From: a bacterium
GTDB taxonomy: Bacteria > Patescibacteriota > Minisyncoccia > Moranbacterales > UBA2206
Direction: 5' to 3'
Assembly: GCA_021788105.1 (NCBI GenBank)
Contig: JAJYKZ010000001.1
Coordinates: 19,333-83,332, forward strand
DNA length: 64,000 bases
Shown here one piece after another: positions 1-9,036 of this stretch. The notes beneath the pieces are model-generated. The model was not told the DNA's origin, ran no database searches, and was given only the letters and a program-made list of their open reading frames with translations. Numbering within the stretch: position 1 is the first letter of the stretch; the number at the start of each line of letters is the position of its first letter. Made by a program: the position numbers and the translations under genes.

Positions 1-258
1 GAGCTGGGAAACTCCAATAACAATCTGCGATTGAAAGAATTGGAAAATAGAGTCAAAGAAAGAAATGTTGAAGAAGTAATTCTGGCCACCAATCCAACCA
101 CGGAGGGCGATGCGACTGCTCTTTATGTGACAAGAATTCTAAAACCGTTTAATATAAAAATAACGAGGCTGGCAAGAGGACTCGCGACAGGCGGCGACAT
201 CGAATACGCCGACGAAATCACTTTGAGCTCGGCCTTGACAAACAGGAGAGAAATGTAA
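1..258 (+). CDS. recR: Recombination protein RecR, C-terminal part (gene starts before the window)
   Basis: TOPRIM motif [16 protein letters not shown] and [28 protein letters not shown] typical of RecR. Confidence 0.95.
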   Translation, partial: ELGNSNNNLRLKELENRVKERNVEEVILATNPTTEGDATALYVTRILKPFNIKITRLARGLATGGDIEYADEITLSSALTNRREM

Positions 259-305
259 TAATAAATCAACTTTCACAGGGCAGCAACTTAGCAAGTAACG
301 TCCAT

Positions 306-347
306 AAAAAAATCCCCCAGATTTATCTGTTCTGCGGGGATTTTTTT
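306..347. terminator. Probable bidirectional intrinsic terminator between convergent recR and rplU
   Basis: AAAAAAATCCC...GGGATTTTTTT inverted repeat with A/T tails. Confidence 0.6.
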
Positions 348-363
348 ATTGCAAAAAAGATTT

Positions 364-669
364 TTAAATCTTAATTATTTCCACTTCCGTCATAATTTGC
401 CGATGTCCGAATTTCACGCTATATCTTTTTTTGGCTTTGTGTTTGATTCCGACCACTTTCTTGCCTTGCGCAGTCTTCAGAATTTTTCCTTCAACAGTTG
501 CCCCCTTTACGACCGGAGTGCCAACTTTTACGCTTTTATCATCGCCCAAAAATAGAACTTCATCGAAAGTAATTACGCTTCCCTCTTCGCCTTCCAACTT
601 TTCCACTTTAATTTTATCTCCGGCCTTTACTTTGTACTGCTTTCCGCCAGTTTTTATAATCGCTAACAT
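364..669 (-). CDS. rplU: 50S ribosomal protein L21
   Basis: MLAIIKTGGKQYKV...GHRQ; start moved to the ATG at 669. Confidence 0.97.
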   Translation of the reverse strand: MLAIIKTGGKQYKVKAGDKIKVEKLEGEEGSVITFDEVLFLGDDKSVKVGTPVVKGATVEGKILKTAQGKKVVGIKHKAKKRYSVKFGHRQIMTEVEIIKI

Positions 670-697
670 AATAAATCGATAATTAGTTACGTAAGCT

Positions 698-726
698 AGT
701 ATACAGCCTTTTCCGCTCGCTGTCAA
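698..726 (-). promoter_or_regulatory. Sigma70-type promoter of rplU
   Basis: TTGACA (726-721), 17 nt spacer, TATACT (703-698) on the minus strand. Confidence 0.7.
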
Positions 727-764
727 CTGGACAAAACATTTTTTTCGAGTTACCATACAGGCGT

Positions 765-2309
765 ATGGAAAAAATAAAAAGAACTATCTTCTTCTGGACT
801 CTCGTGGTCTTATTTTTTATAATATCACCTATCGTCATCCTGCGGGCCCGAGGCTACCGCTTCGATTCCAAGCGAGGCGTTTTCGTGCATAGCGGCGCCA
901 TCAGCATCAAATCCAACCCGCAAGATTTCAGCGTAAACTTAAACGGAAAGCAGATCACTTCCAAAACTCTCAACCGCATAAATAATTCCTATGCCATAAA
1001 CGGCCTGCTTCCCGGAAGCTATTCAGTCTCCATCAGTGCGCCGGGATTCCAAACTTGGACCAAATCCACAGACGTCCACAGCGGCCTGGCCAGTGAATTC
1101 TGGAACGTTCTTTTGGTGAGAAACAGCTACCAGCGAACCGACTATGGCGCTTCCGGGATAGGCAAATTTTTCATTTCTCCCAAAAATGATCTTGTTGCCT
1201 ACGCTCAAAATTCCGACTCGGGACTTAATGTTAAAATTTTAAACATAGGCAATAAAAATACAATAAACAGTTTTGATATTCCCGACTGGAAATTAATCGA
1301 TTCTTCCAAAGATTTGAACATCGAGTGGTCGCCGGACGAAAATTATATTTCCATTCCCGTCCAGCAGACTTCCGAATCCGTTAAAACCGAATTGCAAAAC
1401 TACCGATACGTTAAAGTAACCGCGCAAAAAACTTCCTATGCCTATTTTATTGCCAATCTATCCGGCAGCAATGCCAATGCCGCTCCGTTCAATCTGAATG
1501 AATTTTTGGGAGAAAAAGATTTAACCGATGTCCGCTGGGACCCGTCCAACAAAGGATACTTATTTTTCCTCAGTGACAGCACTCTTTATCGCGCCGACGT
1601 TACGGATAAAAATAATATTACTGCGATTGCTTCGAATGTTTCCAGCTATGATTTGTCAAACTCCAGCCTATATTACACGCAGTCGCCAAATGAATTGGTT
1701 TACAAAACAAGCTACGACGGAAAAGCGGGAACAACCCAGATCACCACCGCTTTCCCCGAATCGCCGGCCATTCCTACTGGCAGACTGATAGTTTATGACG
1801 ACTCGCGCATCGCCTTCATAAGCTCCAACAAAGATTTGTTTATATATAATCAAGGCGACCACAATGATTATTTCAAGAAATTGGGAAACAACATTGAGGG
1901 AGTCCAATTTTCCAACGATGGGAAAAAATTGCTTTTCTGGACAAACAATGAAATTTCCGTTTATTTTCTGCGAGATTGGAATACCCAGCCGGCAAGAAAT
2001 GAAGACGAGACTGACGACATTACCCGCTATTCCGGCTCTGTCAGCAATGTCCAGTGGTTCAAGGATTATGAGCATGTAATTTTCAGCGTCGGATCGCAAA
2101 TAAAGATAATCGAACTCGATTCCAGAGACCACAGAAATTCAATGGATTTTCCGCAAACCAGCCTGGGCAATACCTCGGTCGTCTACAACGGCTCGCTGGA
2201 AAAATTATTCTTCACCGATAACAAAAATAATTCTTCGGATCTTTTTTCCATCAACTTTCCGGAAGCAATCCCGCTTATCAACCTGAGTCCCAGCGCCTTG
2301 GGATTGTAG
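765..2309 (+). CDS. Membrane-anchored PEGA-domain protein with a probable beta-propeller
   Basis: N-terminal TM helix, GYRFD motif, PEGA-like LLPGSYSVSISAPGFQTWTK, repeated SPK/WSPD/FSNDG blade motifs. Confidence 0.75.
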   Translation: MEKIKRTIFFWTLVVLFFIISPIVILRARGYRFDSKRGVFVHSGAISIKSNPQDFSVNLNGKQITSKTLNRINNSYAINGLLPGSYSVSISAPGFQTWTKSTDVHSGLASEFWNVLLVRNSYQRTDYGASGIGKFFISPKNDLVAYAQNSDSGLNVKILNIGNKNTINSFDIPDWKLIDSSKDLNIEWSPDENYISIPVQQTSESVKTELQNYRYVKVTAQKTSYAYFIANLSGSNANAAPFNLNEFLGEKDLTDVRWDPSNKGYLFFLSDSTLYRADVTDKNNITAIASNVSSYDLSNSSLYYTQSPNELVYKTSYDGKAGTTQITTAFPESPAIPTGRLIVYDDSRIAFISSNKDLFIYNQGDHNDYFKKLGNNIEGVQFSNDGKKLLFWTNNEISVYFLRDWNTQPARNEDETDDITRYSGSVSNVQWFKDYEHVIFSVGSQIKIIELDSRDHRNSMDFPQTSLGNTSVVYNGSLEKLFFTDNKNNSSDLFSINFPEAIPLINLSPSALGL

Positions 2310-2326
2310 GAAATAGTATATAGGCA

Positions 2327-2365
2327 AAACTAAAAAAGAAGCCCTGAGCTTCTTTTTTTTAGTTT
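2327..2365. terminator. Probable bidirectional terminator between the PEGA gene and rpsI
   Basis: AAACTAAAAAAGAAGC...GCTTCTTTTTTTTAGTTT inverted repeat between convergent genes. Confidence 0.6.
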
Positions 2366-2386
2366 AATAAAAAATAGTAATTCGTT

Positions 2387-2887
2387 CTAGCGCTTCGCCC
2401 ACTGCGGACTTCTTCTGGCTTTCTTAAGTCCAGGCTTCTTTCTTTCCACCGCTCTTGAGTCACGAGTCAAAAATCCAAGATCCTTGAGAGCTTTAGTGAA
2501 GGTCTGGTCAAATTTGACCAGCGCTCTGGCCATGCCCAATCTTACCGCTTCCGCCTGAGAACTGACTCCTCCGCCATAAACTTTAGCCGAGATATTAAAT
2601 TTCCCTTCCTGTCCCGCGCCAATCAACGGATCTTTGACGGTATTCTGCAATCTGGCTATCGGAAAATAAACATCCAGTTCTTTCTCATTCACAATAATTT
2701 TGGATTTTCCATCTTTAGCAGCCGGATAAATTCTTACTTGAGCCACTGAAGTTTTTCTTTTGCCGACCGCGTAAAAATATTCGCCAGAAAATACCGCGGA
2801 AACTTCCTTAATTTCTTTTGCCTCCTTGGCCGGACTGGCTTTGGGAGATTCTTTTTTAACTTTTTTTGCAACTTTTTTTACTGCCAT
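2387..2887 (-). CDS. rpsI: 30S ribosomal protein S9
   Basis: GKRKTSVAQV, GGGVSSQAEAVRLG, TRDSRAVERKKPGLKKARRSPQWAKR. Confidence 0.98.
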   Translation of the reverse strand: MAVKKVAKKVKKESPKASPAKEAKEIKEVSAVFSGEYFYAVGKRKTSVAQVRIYPAAKDGKSKIIVNEKELDVYFPIARLQNTVKDPLIGAGQEGKFNISAKVYGGGVSSQAEAVRLGMARALVKFDQTFTKALKDLGFLTRDSRAVERKKPGLKKARRSPQWAKR

Positions 2888-2916
2888 ATCGATAAGGTTA
2901 AAATTTCAAATTTAAA

Positions 2917-3342
2917 TTATTTATGCGTTACATCAATCTTATGCTTATGTTCAGCATTTTTATATATCAAAAGCCTCCTCATCATCTTGTCTCGCAATTT
3001 GTTCTTGCTAAGCATTCCGGCTATGGCCGACTCGATAATTTTTCGAGAATCTTTTTTCATCTGATCCTTAAGTTTTATAGAAGTGATGCCGCCCGGATAA
3101 CCGCTGAAATGATGATAAACTTTTCCCTCCATTTTGTTTCCGCTGACTACCAATCTATCAGAATTGACAACCACCACAAAATCCCCTCCGTCAATGTGCG
3201 GAGTAAAATCTACTTTGTTCTTCCCGCGCAAAACCGCCGCTATTTCCGTAGCCAGACGCCCAAGAATCTTTCCTTCCGCATCAAATAGATGATATTTTCT
3301 CTGGATATTTTTATTGACTGTTTTTTTCTTAATCTCGTTCAT
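2917..3342 (-). CDS. rplM: 50S ribosomal protein L13
   Basis: DAEGKILGRLAT, RGKNKVDFTPHIDGGD, YHHFSGYPGG. Confidence 0.97.
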   Translation of the reverse strand: MNEIKKKTVNKNIQRKYHLFDAEGKILGRLATEIAAVLRGKNKVDFTPHIDGGDFVVVVNSDRLVVSGNKMEGKVYHHFSGYPGGITSIKLKDQMKKDSRKIIESAIAGMLSKNKLRDKMMRRLLIYKNAEHKHKIDVTHK

Positions 3343-3349
3343 ATTTTTA

Positions 3350-3715
3350 TTAATCAACAAATTCAATTATTGCCATCTTAGCGCTATCAGTTTTTCTCGG
3401 AGCAAGCTTGACCACTCGAGTGTATCCGCTGTTTCTCGCAGAAAATTTTTCGATAAATTCTCCAGTGATTTTTTTCACTGCCGCTGCCGGCAAAATATTT
3501 TTCAAATCCCGAATAATCGCCACTTTTACTTCCGCGTTCTTGGATTTTTTAGCCTTGTTTATAATTTTATCGATCATTCCCTTGATTTCTTTAGCCTTGG
3601 CTTCGGTAGTCTTGATTTTTTCATGCAAAATCAAACTGTCCAACAGCGCTTTCATCAGGGCCTTTCTCTGATTTTTTACTCGGCCAAATTTTCTTCCTTT
3701 TCTTTGATGATTCAT
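3350..3715 (-). CDS. rplQ: 50S ribosomal protein L17
   Basis: MNHQRKGRKFGR, IKTTEAKAKE, RNSGYTRVVKL. Confidence 0.97.
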   Translation of the reverse strand: MNHQRKGRKFGRVKNQRKALMKALLDSLILHEKIKTTEAKAKEIKGMIDKIINKAKKSKNAEVKVAIIRDLKNILPAAAVKKITGEFIEKFSARNSGYTRVVKLAPRKTDSAKMAIIEFVD

Positions 3716-3831
3716 AGTGTCTAAATCGCTGGTTATCACATGAATTCACGTGATTTCACAGATACACTTTATAACATATTAAAATAAAATCATGCGCAAT
3801 CAGAAAAATCAGTGCGAATCAGTGGTTCTGA

Positions 3832-4809
3832 TTATTTCTCTTGTTTGAGGTTCAGTCCGAAATCTCCAACAGCTTTTTTAATTTCTTTCACACCCTTGGC
3901 GCCCATGCCTTCCAAATCGCTAAGCTGTGTTTCGGTCATTTTTACAATTTCACCAATTGTTTTAATGCCGCTTTTTTCCAGCACATTAAGCGTTCTGGTT
4001 GAAAGATTTTTCAGCTCAACCACCTCGATTTTTTTCGGATCTTCTTTTTCAACCTCGGAAACCTCCGCAATCTCTTCCTTTGCTTCCGCTTTCTCCTCAG
4101 ACACCGTCTCTTCTTTTTCAACTTTTTCTATGCTGGAAAGAGTCGAGAATTGATCAACCAAAATCGCAACTGCCCTGGAAAAAGCCTCTTGCGGATCAAT
4201 ACTTCCGTCAGTCACAATGTCCAACGTAATTCTTTCAAAATCAGTCCTTTTTCCGACGCGCATATTGTCAACCGCATAATTAACCCGGCGGATCGGAGTG
4301 TAGATAGCATCAACCGCAATTACTCCGATTTCTTTTTCTCCTCGATCCTGCTGTTCGACCGGAACATAACCGATTCCTGTATTAATTTCCATTTCAATTT
4401 CAATCTCTCCCTTAGGGCTGGTAATCGTTGCAATGTGGGCGTCTTTAGTAATAACTTCAACATCGGACGGACATTCAATCATTCCGGCCGTAACGGTTTT
4501 TTCTCCTTTTGCCTTTAACACTACAGTCACCGATTCGTCTTTATAGGATTTGAAGCGCACCTGCTTCAAGTTTAAAATCACTTGAATCACATCTTCCAAA
4601 ACATTAGGAATAGTGGAAAATTCATGAGTCACGCCCTTAATTTTTACGGAAGTGATCGCCGCTCCGGAAAGAGAAGAAAGAAGCACCCTGCGGAGAGCAT
4701 TTCCCAGGGTTGTACCGTAGCCCGGATAGCATCCTTCGATTTCAAATTTCCCCGACTTGCCGTCAACTTTGATGAATTTGGGTTTTTGAGGGAGAGTTAT
4801 GGATTGCAT
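3832..4809 (-). CDS. rpoA: RNA polymerase alpha subunit
   Basis: GYGTTLGNALRRVLLSSL, HEFSTIP, alpha-CTD LSTRTLNVL. Confidence 0.98.
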   Translation of the reverse strand: MQSITLPQKPKFIKVDGKSGKFEIEGCYPGYGTTLGNALRRVLLSSLSGAAITSVKIKGVTHEFSTIPNVLEDVIQVILNLKQVRFKSYKDESVTVVLKAKGEKTVTAGMIECPSDVEVITKDAHIATITSPKGEIEIEMEINTGIGYVPVEQQDRGEKEIGVIAVDAIYTPIRRVNYAVDNMRVGKRTDFERITLDIVTDGSIDPQEAFSRAVAILVDQFSTLSSIEKVEKEETVSEEKAEAKEEIAEVSEVEKEDPKKIEVVELKNLSTRTLNVLEKSGIKTIGEIVKMTETQLSDLEGMGAKGVKEIKKAVGDFGLNLKQEK

Positions 4810-4820
4810 AATTTTTCTTG

Positions 4821-4836
4821 CCCCGCCGAAGCGGGG
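4821..4836. repeat. Short GC-rich REP-like palindrome CCCCGC-CGAA-GCGGGG
   Basis: Perfect 6-bp stem with 4-nt loop in the AT-rich rpsD-rpoA spacer. Confidence 0.55.
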
Positions 4837-4859
4837 ATTACTTATTAATTAAAGAAATT

Positions 4860-5492
4860 TTATCTTGAGTAATATTCGACCACCACCTGAGGATCAACAT
4901 TGATTCCAATTTCGTCTTTTTTCGGTTCTCCCGTAACCTTTCCTTCCATCTTGGACGCATCAAAACTGATCCAGCTTGGAAAGTCTTTCTTATTTTTCAA
5001 AACTTGTTCGATATTCTTGAAATAATTTTTTTCCTTTTTCGATTGTTTGATGGAAACCACGTCTCCGATTTTTACGGCATATGAAGGGATGCTGAGTTTT
5101 TTTCCATTAACAGCAACCAAGCCATGATTGACTAATTGCCTGGCCTGGGCTCTGGATCCGGCCAGCCCCAGCTTGTAAACTACATTATCCAATCTCATTT
5201 CCAAACGGGCAATAAGAAGATCGCCTGCCGCTCCATGCTTATGCTTAACATCTTCAAAATGCTTTCTGAACTGCCTTTCCATTACGCCGTAAATTCTTTT
5301 TATCTTCTGTTTTTCCGCCAGCTGCATTCCATACTCACTGGATCCTTTGGTAGTTTTCTTGCCATGGACTCCGGGCGCGTACGCGCGTCTGACCACTCCG
5401 CATTTAGGAGAAAAACAGCGATCGCCTTTAAGGAAAAGCTTTTCGCCGGCTCTTCTACACTTTCTGCATTTTGCATCTATGCTTCTTGCCAT
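4860..5492 (-). CDS. rpsD: 30S ribosomal protein S4
   Basis: CRKCRRAGEKLFLKG, SEYGMQLAEKQK, LEMRLDNVVY, VVEYYSR. Confidence 0.98.
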   Translation of the reverse strand: MARSIDAKCRKCRRAGEKLFLKGDRCFSPKCGVVRRAYAPGVHGKKTTKGSSEYGMQLAEKQKIKRIYGVMERQFRKHFEDVKHKHGAAGDLLIARLEMRLDNVVYKLGLAGSRAQARQLVNHGLVAVNGKKLSIPSYAVKIGDVVSIKQSKKEKNYFKNIEQVLKNKKDFPSWISFDASKMEGKVTGEPKKDEIGINVDPQVVVEYYSR

Positions 5493-5538
5493 AATATTTT
5501 AGAAAAATTTGAAACTTTTAAATTTAATTAACGTTATC

Positions 5539-6006
5539 CTATATTCTTCTCGGTTTTTTAGGACGGCAGCCGTTGTGCGGGATCGCGGTTTCGTCCTTGA
5601 TAAGAAGCAGCTCAAATCCGTTATTGGCCAGTGCCCGAATCGAAGCTTCCCTTCCGCTTCCCACGCCTTTGACATAAACTTCCAATTCCTGCACGCCATA
5701 TTTCTTGACCTTTTCACTCACGCTTCCTACGACTTGGGTAGCGGCATAAGGCGTAGCCTTTTTCGCTCCCTTAAACCCCATCATGCCGGAAGAAGCCCAG
5801 CCTAAAATGTTACCGTTCATATCGGAAATATTTACCAGCGTATTGTTATATGTGCATTTGATGTTGGCTTTGCCTTTTAGAATCTGTCTTTTCAATTTTT
5901 TGACTTTCTTTTTCGGTTCTTCCGCAACTTTTCCCGCTTCTAAAACTCCGGGTTTGATTTCCGCTTCTTTTTTAATTTCTTCGGTTGTAACTTTTTCTTC
6001 AGCCAT
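5539..6006 (-). CDS. rpsK: 30S ribosomal protein S11
   Basis: GFKGAKKATPYAA, GVGSGRE, IPHNGCRP. Confidence 0.98.
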   Translation of the reverse strand: MAEEKVTTEEIKKEAEIKPGVLEAGKVAEEPKKKVKKLKRQILKGKANIKCTYNNTLVNISDMNGNILGWASSGMMGFKGAKKATPYAATQVVGSVSEKVKKYGVQELEVYVKGVGSGREASIRALANNGFELLLIKDETAIPHNGCRPKKPRRI

Positions 6007-6064
6007 TATTTTTCTAAATTAAAATTATTTCAAAATTTAAAATTCGAAATTCATAATTAAAAAA

Positions 6065-6451
6065 TTATGTCTTTTCCGTCTTAACCCTTCCGCTTCCCAT
6101 GGTCCTGCGAACATTGCCCCGAATAGTCCGGCTGTTTGTTTTGGTTCTCTGTCCCCTGACCGGCAAACCTCGCTGATGTCTGATTCCGCGGTAAGACCCG
6201 ACTTCTTTCAGGCGCTTAACATTGCTCCTGATTTCATGTTTCAATTCTCCTTCAACCCTGATCTTCTTTTCTACCATATCACGTATGGAATTCTGCTCTT
6301 TTTCGGTCAAATCCTTAGTTCTTTTGTCTGCGGAAATCCCCAGCTCGCCCAAAATTTTTGACGCAGTCGAAGACCCTATTCCATAAACATAGGTTAAAGA
6401 AATTTCTATTCTTTTATCATCAGGTATATTTACTCCGGCGATTCTCAACAT
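6065..6451 (-). CDS. rpsM: 30S ribosomal protein S13
   Basis: [28 protein letters not shown]. Confidence 0.98.
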   Translation of the reverse strand: MLRIAGVNIPDDKRIEISLTYVYGIGSSTASKILGELGISADKRTKDLTEKEQNSIRDMVEKKIRVEGELKHEIRSNVKRLKEVGSYRGIRHQRGLPVRGQRTKTNSRTIRGNVRRTMGSGRVKTEKT

Positions 6452-6503
6452 AATATTATAAAAAAATTTAAAATTTTAAATTTAAAATTTAAAATTATTG
6501 TCA

Positions 6504-6617
6504 TTATCCCTGGCGCTGCTTGTGCTTCGGATTGGAACAGATAACATAAAGCTTGCCTTTTCTTTTTACAAGCTTGCATTTGTCACAGATTTTTTTAACG
6601 GATGCTCTTACTTTCAT
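6504..6617 (-). CDS. rpmJ: 50S ribosomal protein L36 (absent from the ORF track)
   Basis: Manual translation: [37 protein letters not shown]. Confidence 0.98.
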   Translation of the reverse strand: MKVRASVKKICDKCKLVKRKGKLYVICSNPKHKQRQG

Positions 6618-6620
6618 AAT

Positions 6621-6842
6621 TTATTTTAATCTTTGAATTATTCTTCCTTTAGTCAAATCATAGGGACTCATTTCAACCAAAACCCGATCGCCTGGAAGGA
6701 GCCGGATGTAATTCACTCTCATTCTCCCCGAAATGTGGGCCAGAATAATATGGCCGTTGTCCAATTTGACTTTAAAAGTTGTGCTTGGAAGCGTTTCTTC
6801 TACGACGCCCTCCAGCTTGACTAACTCTTTGTCTTGCGACAT
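6621..6842 (-). CDS. infA: Translation initiation factor IF-1
   Basis: [35 protein letters not shown]. Confidence 0.98.
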   Translation of the reverse strand: MSQDKELVKLEGVVEETLPSTTFKVKLDNGHIILAHISGRMRVNYIRLLPGDRVLVEMSPYDLTKGRIIQRLK

Positions 6843-7000
6843 AAATTATTTTGAGGTTTCGAAACAAAAAAATAGACGGATAATCCCCCGGGCAAAAGCC
6901 CAGAGCATGAATCAATCCTAATTCGTGAAGTTCTCGCGTCTTCCCTCTATTTGTGGCTTCTATTAACTTTTTTAATGTCTTTAACTATTTTAACAGTTAT

Positions 7001-9004
7001 TTAATTATTGTCAAGAGAAATATTTACGCGATTGGTATAAGACGGAATCCGTCCGGAAATAAAGGTTGGCCAATAGTTGACTTCGACTCGGCTTATGCCA
7101 GGATAAGTCTTTAAATAAGCCTCTAACTGCCCTTCGCTTTTCCCCAAAACTCCCTTCTTTAAATTATCAAGATTAATGCCTGGCAACATTGTCGCCGTTC
7201 CGTGAACGCGAATGGTCAAAATTCCGTTTGCAAAATCGGCATCGGATTTCCCGAATTCCAAAGCAATATTATTTTTCGATATTTGCAAATTATCGGGATT
7301 GTTTTGTTTGATCATATTCTCAACAATGCCCAGTACATCCTCCTGATTGAAAACGATGGCGCTGGCTTTGACATTGGCAGTTATGGAAAAATTGTCAGTT
7401 GCCGTTCCCGAAGAAGCGGAAAGCGCATAGGACGGAGTTCCCATATTAATTGCATCGTCAAGAATAACCACATTTCCCGAATCGCCTTTAATTTTTTGTT
7501 TTACGGCATCGGCTAAATCGGAAGCGAGTTTGTTTTCACCATTGGACACGTCGCTGTCGGAAATAATTTTAACTGTTTCTCCGCTGCTTCCTCCGCCCGC
7601 CATCGCTTGGGATGATTTGGCATAAATCTTAGCATACTTCGCAGTTCCGCTCGCCTTAAATCCTGGAATAGAAAAAGTGCTTGGGCCAATATTATAATCC
7701 GACCCCGAGGCATCTGCCGCTACTTGAGCATCGATCGTGCCCGGCTGAACTTTTCCATTATCTTCAGTCATGCCAGGCACCTCTATGGATTTGACCAGCC
7801 GGAAAATTTTTCCATCGGCAGTTTCAAACCGGGTCGTCGCGACCAAGGGCTGGGAGGCCGGGCTGTATCCGTTATAAATAGTAATGGTTCCGCGCGCTTT
7901 TTGATTGGAAGCTGATCCTCTCCCCGTCGAATCAAACGTTTCGGAGAGCTTCACATTTTCAGAAACAATTTTCACCGGAACGACCTTATTTGACAAATCA
8001 ACTGAAGAAGCCTTGCTGTCGCCTTTGATTTCCGCATCAACCGACTGAGTTTTTCCTTGCGCATAAATGGTTATGTCAGCCCTGGGAACAAAAAGATAAA
8101 GAGCCGCAAGAATTGCAGCTGAAGCAGCGACTGAACCGAACACCCACAAAAATTTTCTAAATTTTCCGGAAACGTCAATTTCGGCGTATTCTTTCTTTTC
8201 TCTGCTTTTTTTGGCTTCCGGCAATTGCTCTTCTTTTTCTGAGAACATTTTTTCTATCCTTCGAACTTTTAAATTTTCCCGCTCGTTTAATTTTGCATGT
8301 TTTTTCTCATCGACTTTTTGAGCCAGACTCCTTTTGACTTTCGGTTTGGGCGGAATTATCTCTTCGTCCGCACCCGGTTCTTCCGCATTTTCGGCGTCCA
8401 ACCTGAGTCCCTGTTTGATGTCTATGTTTCTTATCATATCCATCGATCCTGAAATTTTTCTAGAATTCTTTTTACCGAAAAAAGATTTTTTATTTTTCAA
8501 TTCTTCGCCGATATCCGAAACCAGTTCTTTATTGGTGATTATTTCTTCGCCCGTCTCCTTTTCCATTTCTTCCTTTTCTTCCGGATCGATTGCCGCGTAT
8601 TCCTTTATTTCGTTTTGTCCTTCCGGCCTGTAATATTCAGAAGAACCTATGTCGTCCAGTTTGTTTTTCACTTCCATTCTTTTAATTTCTTTGGCATCCA
8701 GTTTTATCTTCGCTTCTTCGCTCCGGGCGGCGACTTCTTCGCCTTCAATATCGTCCAGTTTTTGTTCGACTAAAATTCCCGTTTTTTCTATCAGCATTTT
8801 TCCCAATTTGTCTTGAGTGACGATTATAATTTCCTTTTTAAGCCTTTCGGCTTCTTTTTTAAGCAGCTTTAAATTAACGATGCTTTGGATAAGCAAGGCT
8901 CTTTTGGGAACGACAATAACAACCTCTTTGACTTTTGCCTTTCTCAGGCGTTCGACAATCGAAGTTATTTCTTCATCTATGTCAATGTAGTAAGTCTGAT
9001 GCAC
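7001..9004 (-). CDS. CPR-type bitopic protein with a baseplate-J-like extracytoplasmic region
   Basis: N-terminal YIDIDEEITSIV..VVPKRALLIQSIVNLKLL domain, charged linker, one TM, then ARGTITIYN...TRF...G.DYNI motif of baseplate-J-like domains. Confidence 0.6.
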   Translation of the reverse strand: MHQTYYIDIDEEITSIVERLRKAKVKEVVIVVPKRALLIQSIVNLKLLKKEAERLKKEIIIVTQDKLGKMLIEKTGILVEQKLDDIEGEEVAARSEEAKIKLDAKEIKRMEVKNKLDDIGSSEYYRPEGQNEIKEYAAIDPEEKEEMEKETGEEIITNKELVSDIGEELKNKKSFFGKKNSRKISGSMDMIRNIDIKQGLRLDAENAEEPGADEEIIPPKPKVKRSLAQKVDEKKHAKLNERENLKVRRIEKMFSEKEEQLPEAKKSREKKEYAEIDVSGKFRKFLWVFGSVAASAAILAALYLFVPRADITIYAQGKTQSVDAEIKGDSKASSVDLSNKVVPVKIVSENVKLSETFDSTGRGSASNQKARGTITIYNGYSPASQPLVATTRFETADGKIFRLVKSIEVPGMTEDNGKVQPGTIDAQVAADASGSDYNIGPSTFSIPGFKASGTAKYAKIYAKSSQAMAGGGSSGETVKIISDSDVSNGENKLASDLADAVKQKIKGDSGNVVILDDAINMGTPSYALSASSGTATDNFSITANVKASAIVFNQEDVLGIVENMIKQNNPDNLQISKNNIALEFGKSDADFANGILTIRVHGTATMLPGINLDNLKKGVLGKSEGQLEAYLKTYPGISRVEVNYWPTFISGRIPSYTNRVNISLDNN

Positions 9005-9036
9005 AAAATTTAATTTTAAGGCTAAAATTCAAAATT

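Noticed and set aside
6455-6500. AT-only tandem repeats (TTTAAAA-like), also near 2900, 6020 and 33265
   Set aside because: Low-complexity spacer sequence with no repeat-spacer structure; not CRISPR.
6845-6960. Possible riboswitch in the infA leader
   Set aside because: Some pairing potential, but no aptamer consensus I can recognise.
7001-9004. Prophage or contractile injection system suggested by the baseplate-J-like domain
   Set aside because: The protein has a TM anchor and there are no other structural phage genes.
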